Positions 28,889 to 38,525 of a stretch of DNA of 64,000 nt are shown here, piece after piece. Numbering within the stretch: position 1 is the first letter of the stretch; each line of letters starts with the position of its first letter. Source of the DNA: Myxococcota bacterium (lineage in GTDB: Bacteria; Myxococcota_A; SURF-8); the NCBI GenBank assembly GCA_963674735.2, contig CAXXQS010000002.1:1984001-2048000 (forward strand), read 5' to 3'. The position numbers and the translations under genes were made by a program. The notes below the pieces were generated by a model. It made no database searches. It saw only the letters and a list, made by a program, of their open reading frames with translations, and was not told the origin of the DNA.

Positions 28889-29971
28889 TCAGTCGGGATT
28901 GCTGGTGGTCATAATCCCATCTTTCACCCACACTTCAGGGCTTTCCGTGAGGAAATTCCCTTCGGGTTCGCCGAAGGGATGATGCCAGTCGGCGGTTTCC
29001 GGGCTGGTGTTTCCGTCATTGAACAGGAAACGAAGGTCGATTCCCGGTGTTAGTGTGGCTTCCGCCCACCACCAGACGCCCGTTCCGCGTCCTGCTCCTT
29101 GAGTCATTGCCAGTCCGGGGAAAGAAGTCCAGGGACCGGCTTCCAGACCGGTTGTGCTGTAGTAAAGATAGGGTTGGGTCCAGCCGGAGAAGAAATGGAC
29201 TCGGTACGTGTTGGTGGTTGCATCCAGCTCACTTTCCGTTTCGACATCGCCGTCCGTTTCGACATCGCCGTCAGTTTCGACATCGTCGTCGGTTTCGACA
29301 TCGTCGTCGGTTTCGACATCGCCGTCGGTTTCGACATCGCCGTCGGTTTCGACATCGCCGTCGGTTTCGACATCGCCGTCAGTTTCGACATCGCCGTCAG
29401 TTTCGACATCGCCGTCGGTTTCAATATCGCCGTCGGTTTCGACATCGCCGTCGGGATCATCTCCATCGGTGGGAGTGTCGGGATTCTGGGTGTAGAGTTT
29501 TCCGTCTTTCACCCACACTTCGGCCTCTTGCGTGGCAAAATGACAATCGTAACAATCCTCTTGGCCGAAGGGTTTGATCCATACCGCCTGGGTCTGGTCT
29601 TCATGGCCGTCGTTGAAAAGAAAATGAAGCTGAGGAGCTTCGATCGACCCGCTCCACCCATACCAATCATTGCCTTCATCAGTCATTGCACTACCGGGAT
29701 AGCTGACGAAACCCGTTCCGCCATCCGTGCTGTAATAGAGGTAAGGCGAGAATGATGCGTGAAGGTGTACGGTGAAATTGAAGGTGTCGCCATCGGTGGG
29801 ATCATCGCCGTCGCTGGGTGTCCATTCATGTTCATCGCCATCGGTGAATGGGTTGTCGCCATCGGGCAAATCACCGTCTTGGGCGTCCTCGCCACCCGTG
29901 GAACAGGCGACGATCATTCCCATCAGGATGAGACCGAAAATCAATCCTAACCGATGTCTGTTCCAACGCAT
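28889..29971 (-). CDS. Lipoprotein with two CBM26-like starch-binding modules joined by a (DGDVET)n spacer
   Basis: Lipobox IVAC; two homologous modules with PYLYYS...PGxAMT...W...FLFNDG...EVWVKDG. Confidence 0.75.
   Translation of the reverse strand: MRWNRHRLGLIFGLILMGMIVACSTGGEDAQDGDLPDGDNPFTDGDEHEWTPSDGDDPTDGDTFNFTVHLHASFSPYLYYSTDGGTGFVSYPGSAMTDEGNDWYGWSGSIEAPQLHFLFNDGHEDQTQAVWIKPFGQEDCYDCHFATQEAEVWVKDGKLYTQNPDTPTDGDDPDGDVETDGDIETDGDVETDGDVETDGDVETDGDVETDGDVETDGDVETDDDVETDDDVETDGDVETDGDVETESELDATTNTYRVHFFSGWTQPYLYYSTTGLEAGPWTSFPGLAMTQGAGRGTGVWWWAEATLTPGIDLRFLFNDGNTSPETADWHHPFGEPEGNFLTESPEVWVKDGIMTTSNPD
29237..29452 (-). repeat. 18-bp tandem repeat x12 encoding D(G/D)D(V/I)ET
   Basis: Units of GTTTCGACATCGCCGTC(G/A/C) read directly on the + strand. 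Confidence 0.95.
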
Positions 29972-29981
29972 GAAAATTCTC

Positions 29982-31154
29982 CTAATGGGCGGTTGAATTT
30001 CGCTTTCGCCATTGCTCTTGTTCTTGTCTCGTCGAATGTTGCTCCGTTTCGATCAGATCGGGGAGCACGTCGTCCGGGCCGATGGCCTGGGCGGCGGCGT
30101 AGAGAGCCTGCGCATAGGCGATGAGCATGTCCCGGTTGTGAAGAGCAGCGAGCCAGTCCGCTGGGAACGCGTTTTTGCCATGCAGAGCGCCTAGGGCGGC
30201 TCCCGTCAGGGCTCCGACGGTATCGGTGTCGCCGCCCAGTGTGGCGGCTTGAATCAGGGCTTCACGTGGATCGCGGATGAACGCCAAAGAAAGCACCAAC
30301 GCCAAGGCAACGGATGCCGGAGCATAGCCGGATGTGGCACGGATATTGGAGAACAAACTGGTTGCCGAAGCATTTCTTTCGATGTCCTCAAGGGCTGCTT
30401 CGACGGGTTTTGTGGTCCACTCGGGCAGTTGTTTGAGGACGTGCATCCAAGGATCATCGGGTTCCGGCGGAGCGATCAGATAGGGAGCATATTCCCCTGC
30501 CAGCACCTCCCAAGCACGGGTTCCGCCACGGAGAAGATCGTGAGCCACGTCTTCGACGACCACTCGGCCGGGTTGCTGTGTTGACAGGAGTGCCGTGAAT
30601 TGGGCTTGGGTGACGGCCGCCAGGATGCCGGTTGCCCGGCGATGGGTGGGCAGGGCGCAGTCGATGGTGGCACGGATCAAATGTTGGGGGTCGTCGCGGT
30701 AGAAAATACCCAGCGGCGCAACACGCAGGGCGGCCCCATTGCCGGATGAATCCAGTCCCGAACGATTCCAGGGTTCTCCGCGACGCCATTCGTCCAGCGA
30801 ACGACGGAAATTCGCTCCCACTCCGCGTAGGGCTCCCAAATCCGGTTCGCCGCCGGATTGAGCATCGGCCAGCTTGAGGCAGGTATCGATAAACAGGTCG
30901 GGCGAAAAAACACCGGCCGTGATCAGGACACGAGCGACGGCCAAAGCTTGCTGGGTGTCGTCGGTATACAGGCCGGGTTGTCGCCAGGCCGTGCCGTGAT
31001 GGTCGCCCAAGTCCAACATCTGTTCGATGCGGCCGAAACGTTCGGCGATTTCACGTCGACCAAGCCCTTCAACGGGAGCGCCCAGCGCATCGCCTAGAGC
31101 TCCTCCGATCAGCACTCCGATAAAACGGTCTTTCAGTTCCATGTCTTTTTTCAT
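29982..31154 (-). CDS. ADP-ribosylglycohydrolase (DraG/ARH family)
   Basis: GDALGAPVE, YTDDTQ, SGNGAALR, GGDTDTVGA. Confidence 0.92.
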   Translation of the reverse strand: MKKDMELKDRFIGVLIGGALGDALGAPVEGLGRREIAERFGRIEQMLDLGDHHGTAWRQPGLYTDDTQQALAVARVLITAGVFSPDLFIDTCLKLADAQSGGEPDLGALRGVGANFRRSLDEWRRGEPWNRSGLDSSGNGAALRVAPLGIFYRDDPQHLIRATIDCALPTHRRATGILAAVTQAQFTALLSTQQPGRVVVEDVAHDLLRGGTRAWEVLAGEYAPYLIAPPEPDDPWMHVLKQLPEWTTKPVEAALEDIERNASATSLFSNIRATSGYAPASVALALVLSLAFIRDPREALIQAATLGGDTDTVGALTGAALGALHGKNAFPADWLAALHNRDMLIAYAQALYAAAQAIGPDDVLPDLIETEQHSTRQEQEQWRKRNSTAH

Positions 31155-31318
31155 CCTTTACCGTTCCGACCCGTAAAAATTACCACACCCTCTTTCAAAT
31201 GCAAAGTCCGTGCATGGTCGTCGAAAACGAATCATGACTTTTTTCTTTGCATACGGACCGAGCTGAGCGACAATGCGGCCGTTCGGGCCAATCCGAACCT
31301 TGTGAAGGAGAAAGAAAC

Positions 31319-31756
31319 ATGGCCGACTCGGCAAAGAAACTGGAACCCGGCAAGCGCGTAACTTTGGACATCACTTTGAAGCTGGCCAATGGGGAATTGA
31401 TTTCCAGTTCCAAAGAAGAAGGGCCACTCACATTTACGGTGGGTGATGAAAGTGTTGTCCCCGGCCTGGAAGCCGGTTTGCTCGGTCTTTGCGAAGGTGA
31501 GAGCTTCGATATTCAGGTGGCACCGGAAGAGGCCTACGGCGTTTTCGATGAAGACGCCTATGAGCTGGTTCCCTCCGATGCCTTTGCCGATGAAATCGAA
31601 GAGGGTGAGGATTATGTCTTTGAGGATGAGGATGGTGAGCCGATTATCGTCACGGTCGCCGAAATCAGCGAAGAGGGCGTATTGCTCGACTTCAACCACC
31701 CGCTGGCTGGTGAAGCTCTTAATTTCACTGGTGTAATAACGAAAGTGGAAGACTAA
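31319..31756 (+). CDS. slyD: FKBP-type peptidyl-prolyl isomerase, SlyD-like (no His-rich tail)
   Basis: PLTFTVG..VPGLEAGL, PEEAYG, DFNHPLAG; AAGGAG RBS before ATG 31319. Confidence 0.88.
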   Translation: MADSAKKLEPGKRVTLDITLKLANGELISSSKEEGPLTFTVGDESVVPGLEAGLLGLCEGESFDIQVAPEEAYGVFDEDAYELVPSDAFADEIEEGEDYVFEDEDGEPIIVTVAEISEEGVLLDFNHPLAGEALNFTGVITKVED

Positions 31757-31777
31757 AAGCCTGTGGTCGGCCGGGAC

Positions 31778-32482
31778 TTACTCCGTCTCCTCGGCGGGGA
31801 CTTTCCCGGCTTCGTTGGCCTCTCGGCGCTGTTCCTCTTCCAATATGCGATCGGAATGGGGGACGGCTTTGATCATCCACTCCACCCGAAGTTTGGTTTG
31901 CTCCGTATCGGAGAGTTTGCCGCGTGTCAGTCCTTGTTCGGCTCGTGCCAGGAAGAAGCGTTGGACGGACAGGGCGCAGGCCACGGAGATATTGAAGCTT
32001 TGGGAAAAGCCTTCCATGGGAAGCATGAAAACGCCATCGCAGGCTGCGGTTTGCTCGGAAGTCAGACCCTCCAACTCGTTACCGAAAATCAAGGCTGTGC
32101 GGTCGGCCAAATCGAAGGATTCAAGCGTGCCCGCGGTTGGCGACAGACAACTGGCGTAGAGCCGATAGCCGTTTTGGCGCAGCTTGTCGAAACAGGCTTC
32201 CCAATCTCGATACGTGTGCAAGGTCAACCACTTATGGGCACCCTGAGTGACTCCTGAAGAGATTGTGTTGCCGTCCTGATTGTCGGGTATCACCAAATGG
32301 ATATCCTGGATGCCGAAGGCTTCACAGGTCCGCAATACCGCCATGTAATTATGGGGCTTGTCGAGCCGGTCGATGACGATGGTCAGATCGCGGGTACGGC
32401 GCGCCAGAACGTTTTCGAGGCGCTCACGCCGGGCGGTCGTCATGTATTTTTCAAGTATCTCGACGATATTCATGAACGGCAC
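31778..32482 (-). CDS. trmH: tRNA (guanosine-2'-O)-methyltransferase, SpoU/TrmH family
   Basis: PHNYMAVLRTCEAFG, IFGNELEG, PMEGFSQSFNISVA. Confidence 0.88.
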   Translation of the reverse strand: MPFMNIVEILEKYMTTARRERLENVLARRTRDLTIVIDRLDKPHNYMAVLRTCEAFGIQDIHLVIPDNQDGNTISSGVTQGAHKWLTLHTYRDWEACFDKLRQNGYRLYASCLSPTAGTLESFDLADRTALIFGNELEGLTSEQTAACDGVFMLPMEGFSQSFNISVACALSVQRFFLARAEQGLTRGKLSDTEQTKLRVEWMIKAVPHSDRILEEEQRREANEAGKVPAEETE

Positions 32483-32535
32483 CCTAACTTATGCGGTGAA
32501 AAAGCGCAAGTTCGAGATCGAATAGCGTGATGGCA

Positions 32536-32707
32536 AGGGTGCATCACAGGATGGTGCCATTTCCGAGCGCTCCTCCCGAGTGATGCCCGTGGGGCATTGG
32601 ATCGAGGGATCGGGTCTGAAGACCGCGTGGTTCGATACAATTTGCTCCGCCAATCACTCACCATGAGCGGTTTTCACGATCAATCGCAATCTTTTGTGAT
32701 GCACCCT
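32536..32707. mobile_element. MITE-like element (172 bp, terminal inverted repeats, non-coding)
   Basis: 13-bp perfect TIR AGGGTGCATCACA...TGTGATGCACCCT extending to about 27 bp imperfect; flanks TGATGGCAA / TGATGGACA resemble a degenerate target duplication. Confidence 0.6.
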
Positions 32708-32779
32708 GATGGACAATGATCGAATCGAAAAATGACTGACAACCTTGCGTTTGTGTTGTCGGGTGAGTATGATTGCGCC

Positions 32780-33328
32780 ATGAAACATTCACTTTTACAA
32801 CGATTGGGACTGAGATCGGGGAAATCGGATTCTAGTGCCGGTTCTTCGCTTGGCCAAGCTACGGTTCTTGCTCGGGATTTGGAAGCGGCGTTGGAATCGT
32901 TACCGGCAGAACGGGTTCGTTACCTAGCCGCTCTAAGCGGTTTGATGGGGCGTGTGGCGGTAGCCGACGGCCATATCAGCGAGGACGAACTGGGACGCAT
33001 GGGTGACGTGTTGCGGGCTTTCACGCATCTTGCGGAAACGGAAACCGAAACGGTTGTCTCACTCATGCGCGACAAATTCACGGAATTGATGGGCCTCGAA
33101 AATCATATTTATACCCGTGAAATCAATGAATTAGCGGATCACTCGCAGAAGCTGGAAGTTTTGTCCTGCTTGTTTGCCGTTGCGGCTGCCGACGACACCA
33201 TTTCTCCCGAAGAAAATGAGGCCGTGCGTATCATCGCCAAAGGTCTGATGCTGACTCACAGCGACTTCATCAACGTTCGTTCGCTCTATCGTCAACATTT
33301 GTCAGTTCTGAAAAATCTCCCCAAATAG
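32780..33328 (+). CDS. TerB/DjlA-like tellurite-resistance-fold protein
   Basis: VAVADGHISEDE and LFAVAAADDTISPEE..IAKGL. Confidence 0.85.
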   Translation: MKHSLLQRLGLRSGKSDSSAGSSLGQATVLARDLEAALESLPAERVRYLAALSGLMGRVAVADGHISEDELGRMGDVLRAFTHLAETETETVVSLMRDKFTELMGLENHIYTREINELADHSQKLEVLSCLFAVAAADDTISPEENEAVRIIAKGLMLTHSDFINVRSLYRQHLSVLKNLPK

Positions 33329-33442
33329 TGATTATGAGAAGCAAAACCGATTGTTTTTTCAGATACATCGCGGTATAATCTTATCACTCAATCCTGTTCA
33401 GTGGCAGTTTGATCTCTCCTCGTTAGTAAAGCAGGTTGGCAT

Positions 33443-34132
33443 ATGGCAGTATCGAAGTGTCGCCGAGGTCGGCGTATTGGGAAACGGACTCCCGTCCATT
33501 TTGGTCCCCTCTCTCCCAAATACATTGGATTTATGAAGAATATTTCGGAAACGGGCCTCGCCCTTTCCAGTAAAATAACGTTTTCATCGGAAACGGAACT
33601 GTATATCAGCATTCCGGATGTCACGCCTCCCATCGAAACCCAAGGTCGGGTGATGTGGACCAGCGATGCCCGTCTGTTGTTATCGGCCAGTCCTTTTTCC
33701 AATCATCTGGATATGGGAATCGCTCTAGTTAACCCGCCTGAAAGTTATCGAGACTTTGTGAAATCGGTCACGGAGGCTTTCAAAGAAATACGCCGTGAAC
33801 CCCGCTTTGAAAAGGTGTTTAAAATCAGCTTGGGTGAAGAGTCGCAAGCACAAGAGGCTTTCACCCAGAATATCAGTCGTGGCGGACTCTACGTCGTGAT
33901 GCGCGATGCACCAGCCGTCAATACGATTTTGCCGGTGCGTTTGTGGTTGTCTGAAATCAATCGGATGATTCATGCCGAGATGCAAGTGATGTTCATGGTT
34001 CGAGAAAAATCCGCCGAATTGAGTGGAATGAACCCCGGTATCGGGCTCCGCTTCACCAAAATCGACCCCGATGATGTCGCGACGTTTAATGCCTTCATCG
34101 ACGGTTTGGCGGCTAAAGGCAAACTCGACTGA
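33443..34132 (+). CDS. Tandem PilZ-domain protein (c-di-GMP receptor candidate)
   Basis: Two RxxxR + NISxxG motif pairs (RRGRR..NISETG; RREPR..NISRGG) and GIGLRF. Confidence 0.85.
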   Translation: MAVSKCRRGRRIGKRTPVHFGPLSPKYIGFMKNISETGLALSSKITFSSETELYISIPDVTPPIETQGRVMWTSDARLLLSASPFSNHLDMGIALVNPPESYRDFVKSVTEAFKEIRREPRFEKVFKISLGEESQAQEAFTQNISRGGLYVVMRDAPAVNTILPVRLWLSEINRMIHAEMQVMFMVREKSAELSGMNPGIGLRFTKIDPDDVATFNAFIDGLAAKGKLD

Positions 34133-34221
34133 GCCAGCGCCTTGCTTTTCTCCTCAAACCCCATTATGTTAACGATCATCAATGGTTGATGCCCCGATGT
34201 GTGTAACATACAGGAGTCGTT

Positions 34222-36642
34222 ATGATGGCTTTTTTACGGCTGATGACGGGATGCTTGTTGGCTTTGAGTCTGGTGGTTTGGATGGCGGGCTGCGGAAGCG
34301 ACGATGAGGCTTCCCCCGATGGGGACCAGGTTCAGCCCGACGGTGATGGCGAAACAAGCCCGGATGGTGATGAACCCGATGGCGACGATCCCGACGGCGA
34401 TCAGACGGACGGCGATGGGGAGGATGACGAACCTGAAATCCGCTTGGTGGATCTGGTCAACCCGTTCATTGGCAGCGGTGGCCTGGGTTTCGGTATCGGT
34501 TCCGGTACGCCCGGCATTAAAACGCCTTTCGGTTTGGTGTTGGTTGCGCCTGATACAACGGGAGAATTCGGGGCTCCGCCTTTCTATCATTGCAGCGGCT
34601 ATTACAGTGAAGACGAGTACATCGTCGGTTTTTCGCAGGTGCATCTATACGGAGTCGGTGCACAGGATCTCGGCAATATCCTGTTTATGCCGGATAACGG
34701 TCCCCTCGATGTGATCGACGGTTACGAAGATACCTACCGGAAACTCAAGATCGAAGGAAGCGAGTTTGCCAAGCCGGGTTACTACACCGTCGGTCTGGAA
34801 TCGGATATCACGGTGGAACTTACCGCCACCACCCGAGCGGGCTACCACCGTTACACTTTCGCAGAGGATCTGGCTCAGGGCTTTGTGCTGATCGATCTCA
34901 ACCACCATGTGGCCACCGATAGTGACGATACCGAGGATGCCGAGATCGAGATCGTACCTGCCGATCAAGTGGTGAAAGGCCGTGTTCTGCAGCAAGGTGG
35001 TTTCACCGGGCGTTACGGCGGTCTCGATATCTATTTCTACGCCCGTTTCGACAAACCGATCGAGAGTTATGGTACCTGGAAAGACAACATCTCCACGGAT
35101 GGCCAGACCAGCGAGTCGGGGGATCCCATTGGTGCTTATATCGGTTTCGATCTGGCCGATGGCGCAACGGTTGAGGCCCAGGTGGGGATTTCGTTCATTA
35201 GCATCGAACAGGCGAAGCTCAATCTCGAAACCGAGATGCCCGATTGGGGGTTCGAGAGCGTCCGGCAGCAAACGGAAGACGCTTGGGAAGACGAACTGTC
35301 GGTTGTACGTTTCGAAGGCGGAACGGACGATCAGCGGGCCATTATGGCGACGGCGTTGTACCACGCGTTTATGATGCCCGATATCTTTACCGATGCCAAC
35401 GGTCAATATCTTGGATTTGACGGGCAGGTGCACACAGCCGAGGATTTCGTTTATTACACCGACTTCTCCATGTGGGATACCTATCGGACCGAGCACCCTT
35501 TCCTGAGTCTGGTCAAGCCCGAACGCTCACGTGACATGATGATTTCACTCGTTACCATGATGGAGCAAGGCGGCTACCTGCCCAAATGGCCCATGGGCAA
35601 AGGATACAGCAACTGCATGGTCGGAAGTCCGGCCGACATTGTGATCGCCGATGCCTATTTGAAAGGCGTGCGTGGTTTCGATGTGGAGGCGGCGTATGCG
35701 TCCATGAAAGAAGTCGCGACGGCTCCCGTCCCTTCGGAGCATGCTTACGGAGGACGTGGGGGGATAGATGAATACGTGGCCAACGGGTATGTGTCGATGG
35801 AGCGTAGCGGCGGGTCGGTGGCGCGCACGATGGAATTCGCCGTGGCCGACAATGCCATTGCCCAACTCGCGACCGTGCTTGGATACGACACGGATGCGGC
35901 AGCCTTTATCGAGCAGTCGCGCAATTACCGCAACCTGTGGTTGGACGATGACCAGTTCTTTGTCGGCCGCCATGCTGATGGTTCATTTGTCGAAGACTAT
36001 AATTCCACGACTTGGGAGGATTTCTACACCGAGGGGAATGCCTGGCAGTATTTGTGGTTGGCTCCCCACGATCCGGAAGGTTTGATCGAGTTGTTCGGAT
36101 CGGCGGAGTCCATGAAAAGCAAACTCGAAACCTTTTTCGAGGAAGAGAAAAAAGAATTCGATGAAGGGGCCTGGGGCGGCTATCTGCCTCCGACATATTA
36201 CTGGCACGGTAACGAACCCGATATTCACGCGGCCTACTTGTTTTTGGAAGTCGGTCGTCCCGACCTGACCCATAAATGGGTGCGCTGGATCGAAGATAGT
36301 CTGTACAAGAACGCGCCCGACGGCATTGCCGGAAACGACGATTGCGGGACGCTGTCTTCCTGGTACGTCTTCTCGTCCATGGGGCTTTTCCCCAATGCGG
36401 GCATGGATTGGTATTGGATCGGTGCGCCGCTGTTCACCCGCGTCGAGGTTCAACTGGCCGATGGTGTTCTGGTGATCGAAGCGCCGGAGGCCTCGGAGGA
36501 CAATCTCTACGTGCAATCGGTGACGTTCAACGACGAACCATTGACCGAACCGCGTCTCGAACACGCCCGGATTGCCGAAGGCGGCGTGCTTCGATTCGAG
36601 ATGGGACCGGAACCCTCGGATTGGGGCCGACCTACCCGTTAA
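34222..36642 (+). CDS. GH92 alpha-1,2-mannosidase lipoprotein with PDGD linker
   Basis: Lipobox MAGC; VNPFIGS, PFGLV..PDT, FSMWDTYR, EGNAWQY, HGNEPDIH, GNDDCGTLSSWY. Confidence 0.93.
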   Translation: MMAFLRLMTGCLLALSLVVWMAGCGSDDEASPDGDQVQPDGDGETSPDGDEPDGDDPDGDQTDGDGEDDEPEIRLVDLVNPFIGSGGLGFGIGSGTPGIKTPFGLVLVAPDTTGEFGAPPFYHCSGYYSEDEYIVGFSQVHLYGVGAQDLGNILFMPDNGPLDVIDGYEDTYRKLKIEGSEFAKPGYYTVGLESDITVELTATTRAGYHRYTFAEDLAQGFVLIDLNHHVATDSDDTEDAEIEIVPADQVVKGRVLQQGGFTGRYGGLDIYFYARFDKPIESYGTWKDNISTDGQTSESGDPIGAYIGFDLADGATVEAQVGISFISIEQAKLNLETEMPDWGFESVRQQTEDAWEDELSVVRFEGGTDDQRAIMATALYHAFMMPDIFTDANGQYLGFDGQVHTAEDFVYYTDFSMWDTYRTEHPFLSLVKPERSRDMMISLVTMMEQGGYLPKWPMGKGYSNCMVGSPADIVIADAYLKGVRGFDVEAAYASMKEVATAPVPSEHAYGGRGGIDEYVANGYVSMERSGGSVARTMEFAVADNAIAQLATVLGYDTDAAAFIEQSRNYRNLWLDDDQFFVGRHADGSFVEDYNSTTWEDFYTEGNAWQYLWLAPHDPEGLIELFGSAESMKSKLETFFEEEKKEFDEGAWGGYLPPTYYWHGNEPDIHAAYLFLEVGRPDLTHKWVRWIEDSLYKNAPDGIAGNDDCGTLSSWYVFSSMGLFPNAGMDWYWIGAPLFTRVEVQLADGVLVIEAPEASEDNLYVQSVTFNDEPLTEPRLEHARIAEGGVLRFEMGPEPSDWGRPTR

Positions 36643-36664
36643 ATCCGGATGTGAACGGACTTAT

Positions 36665-38512
36665 ATGACGTCGAACACCGAAAAACGCCATCGTTTCGAC
36701 CGGGTGAAAATCCGGGTCGGCTACACCTGCAATAACGACTGCTTGGTCTGTGACTGCCGGTCCTTGCGCAAAATCAGCGACGCCACGCGTAAGCAGGTGG
36801 CGGAGCGGATTATGTTGGCCGGACAAAAAGGCGTCAAACTGGTTATCTTTACGGGTGGCGAGCCGACCATCCGCAAAGAACTGCCCATCTGGATTGCTCT
36901 GGCCAAGCGTTTAGGTCTTGCGACCGGCCTTATCAGTAATGGGCGTGCCTTGCGTTTTCCCGATTACACACGTCGTCTGGCCGGTGAGGGCTTGCGTTTC
37001 GTGCAGCTTACGCTGTTTGCGGACGAAGCCGAGTTGCACGATGAATTGGTGGGTGGAAAACCGGGAGCCTTTGTCGAAAGTTGGGCCGGGCTTGAGGTCT
37101 GCCACGAACTCGGACTGGACTTGCGGGTGAATCTGGTGCTGACGCGCCCGAGTCTGGGGCGGTTGATCGCACTGGCGGACAAGCTTATGGCGTTTGCGCC
37201 GCTTGAATATCGGGTGAGTCTGGTCAAGCCGCGTAAGCTGGAGGCCGATGCTTTCGAACGGTTGGTGCCGACCCTCGATGAAGCGAGCGCTAAAGTACGG
37301 GAATGGCTTGCGTATGTGGCCAACCATCCCCAGCGCCCCGAAGGGTTTCGCGTATCGGTGGCGGGGTTACCGCTTTGCGCCTTGCCCGGTCATATCGACG
37401 CCAGTGCGGATCTGCGTTTGGAAGAGCTGGCGGAAATGAGCGAGAGCTACGAATCGACCTTTCATCAGCCCGGCATATTCGGACGAACAAAGCCGGAGCG
37501 TTGTACGCCCTGCCGTTTCGTCGAAAACTGTCCGGGTGTTGACGAGGACTATCTGGCCGTTCGCGGAGAGTCGGAACTCAAACCCGAACTTCATGCCGTT
37601 TCCAACTCATTTGCTTATGAACCCCTGCGTTTCCATCGAGATTTCGATGTGGCCACCTGTCCGATCCTGGCGGGAAAGCTGGCGCTGGAAGATCCGCCGC
37701 GCAGTCTGCTGGTACAGGAAGACCAGGGTGTCCGCGAGTATCGGACGGATTCCAGGGATTTCAGCGGCGATCAGATCCGTTTGGTGAAACAGGAGTTAGG
37801 GCAGATCTACCAGGACGTATCGGGAAAGCTGTTTCACGAAAATTTCGAATTGGACCTTGCCAAGCTGACGGTTCATCCGGTTTGCCGTACCTGTATCAAG
37901 ATGGCCGATGACTGTGCCGGATTATATGTTCAGGCACAAGAAAATGTGTTTTCGGTCGCTGAAAGAGAGCTGCTGGAGATTGTGGTCGGCTTGAGGGGAC
38001 GGGTGCTGGACGTCGGTGGTGGTCCGGTGCGTTATCGCGATCAATTCGCTTCGGCCATGGACCGTGGCGTGATGGACTATTGGCTGGTCGAACCCAATCC
38101 GTCACCGGTACTGTACGAATTTCTTGACGATTACAACCTGCGCGATCATTTGTTCAAAGGGTGTATCGAGGATTTTCGGGCCGACAATGAACGTTTTGAC
38201 TGGATTTTGGTTTTGCGTAGTCATAATCATTTGTACGACCTGGAACGCGCGTATCGCCATATGGCTGATTGGTTGAAACCCGGTGGCCGTTTGTTTGTCG
38301 TCGATAACACCGCCTTTGGCGTGGTGCGTTCACGCGAACTTTGGGAACGTATCCGAGTCGAGGGCGGGTTTCCGCATTTCGAGCACTTCAACAATCACAC
38401 CAGCGCCGAAGCGGTCGCCGTGATCGAAGCCGCGGGATTTCATTGCCTGGAACAGCACCCGGTTGAACCGACTTCGGCCAATCAGTGGTGGTGCCTGTTC
38501 AAAAGAAAATAG
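36665..38512 (+). CDS. Radical SAM (HxsC4/MoaA-like) fused to a C-terminal class I SAM methyltransferase
   Basis: CNNDCLVC, FTGGEPT, CTPCRFVENCPG, a second CRTC..C cluster, VLDVGGG, FDWILVLRSHNH, LKPGGRL. Confidence 0.85.
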   Translation: MTSNTEKRHRFDRVKIRVGYTCNNDCLVCDCRSLRKISDATRKQVAERIMLAGQKGVKLVIFTGGEPTIRKELPIWIALAKRLGLATGLISNGRALRFPDYTRRLAGEGLRFVQLTLFADEAELHDELVGGKPGAFVESWAGLEVCHELGLDLRVNLVLTRPSLGRLIALADKLMAFAPLEYRVSLVKPRKLEADAFERLVPTLDEASAKVREWLAYVANHPQRPEGFRVSVAGLPLCALPGHIDASADLRLEELAEMSESYESTFHQPGIFGRTKPERCTPCRFVENCPGVDEDYLAVRGESELKPELHAVSNSFAYEPLRFHRDFDVATCPILAGKLALEDPPRSLLVQEDQGVREYRTDSRDFSGDQIRLVKQELGQIYQDVSGKLFHENFELDLAKLTVHPVCRTCIKMADDCAGLYVQAQENVFSVAERELLEIVVGLRGRVLDVGGGPVRYRDQFASAMDRGVMDYWLVEPNPSPVLYEFLDDYNLRDHLFKGCIEDFRADNERFDWILVLRSHNHLYDLERAYRHMADWLKPGGRLFVVDNTAFGVVRSRELWERIRVEGGFPHFEHFNNHTSAEAVAVIEAAGFHCLEQHPVEPTSANQWWCLFKRK

Positions 38513-38525
38513 CTTTTCCACTTGT

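Noticed and set aside
29237-29452. Tandem repeats here and at 58928-59044 as CRISPR arrays
   Set aside because: No unique spacers, in-frame coding periodicity (18 and 15 bp), and no cas genes.
29047-29755. Alternative-frame repeat ORFs (FRHRRR, FDIAVG, MSKPTA) as RiPP precursors
   Set aside because: They are shadow translations of the DGDVET repeat inside a coherent lipoprotein gene.
32536-32707. 6S RNA
   Set aside because: Size and terminal stem fit, but the internal hairpin is off-centre, no continuous rod with a central bubble is visible, and the usual zapA/ygfA context is absent.
29982-33328. ADP-ribosylglycohydrolase + TerB as an anti-phage or toxin-antitoxin module
   Set aside because: They are not adjacent or co-oriented, housekeeping slyD and trmH lie between them, and no ADP-ribosyltransferase is present.
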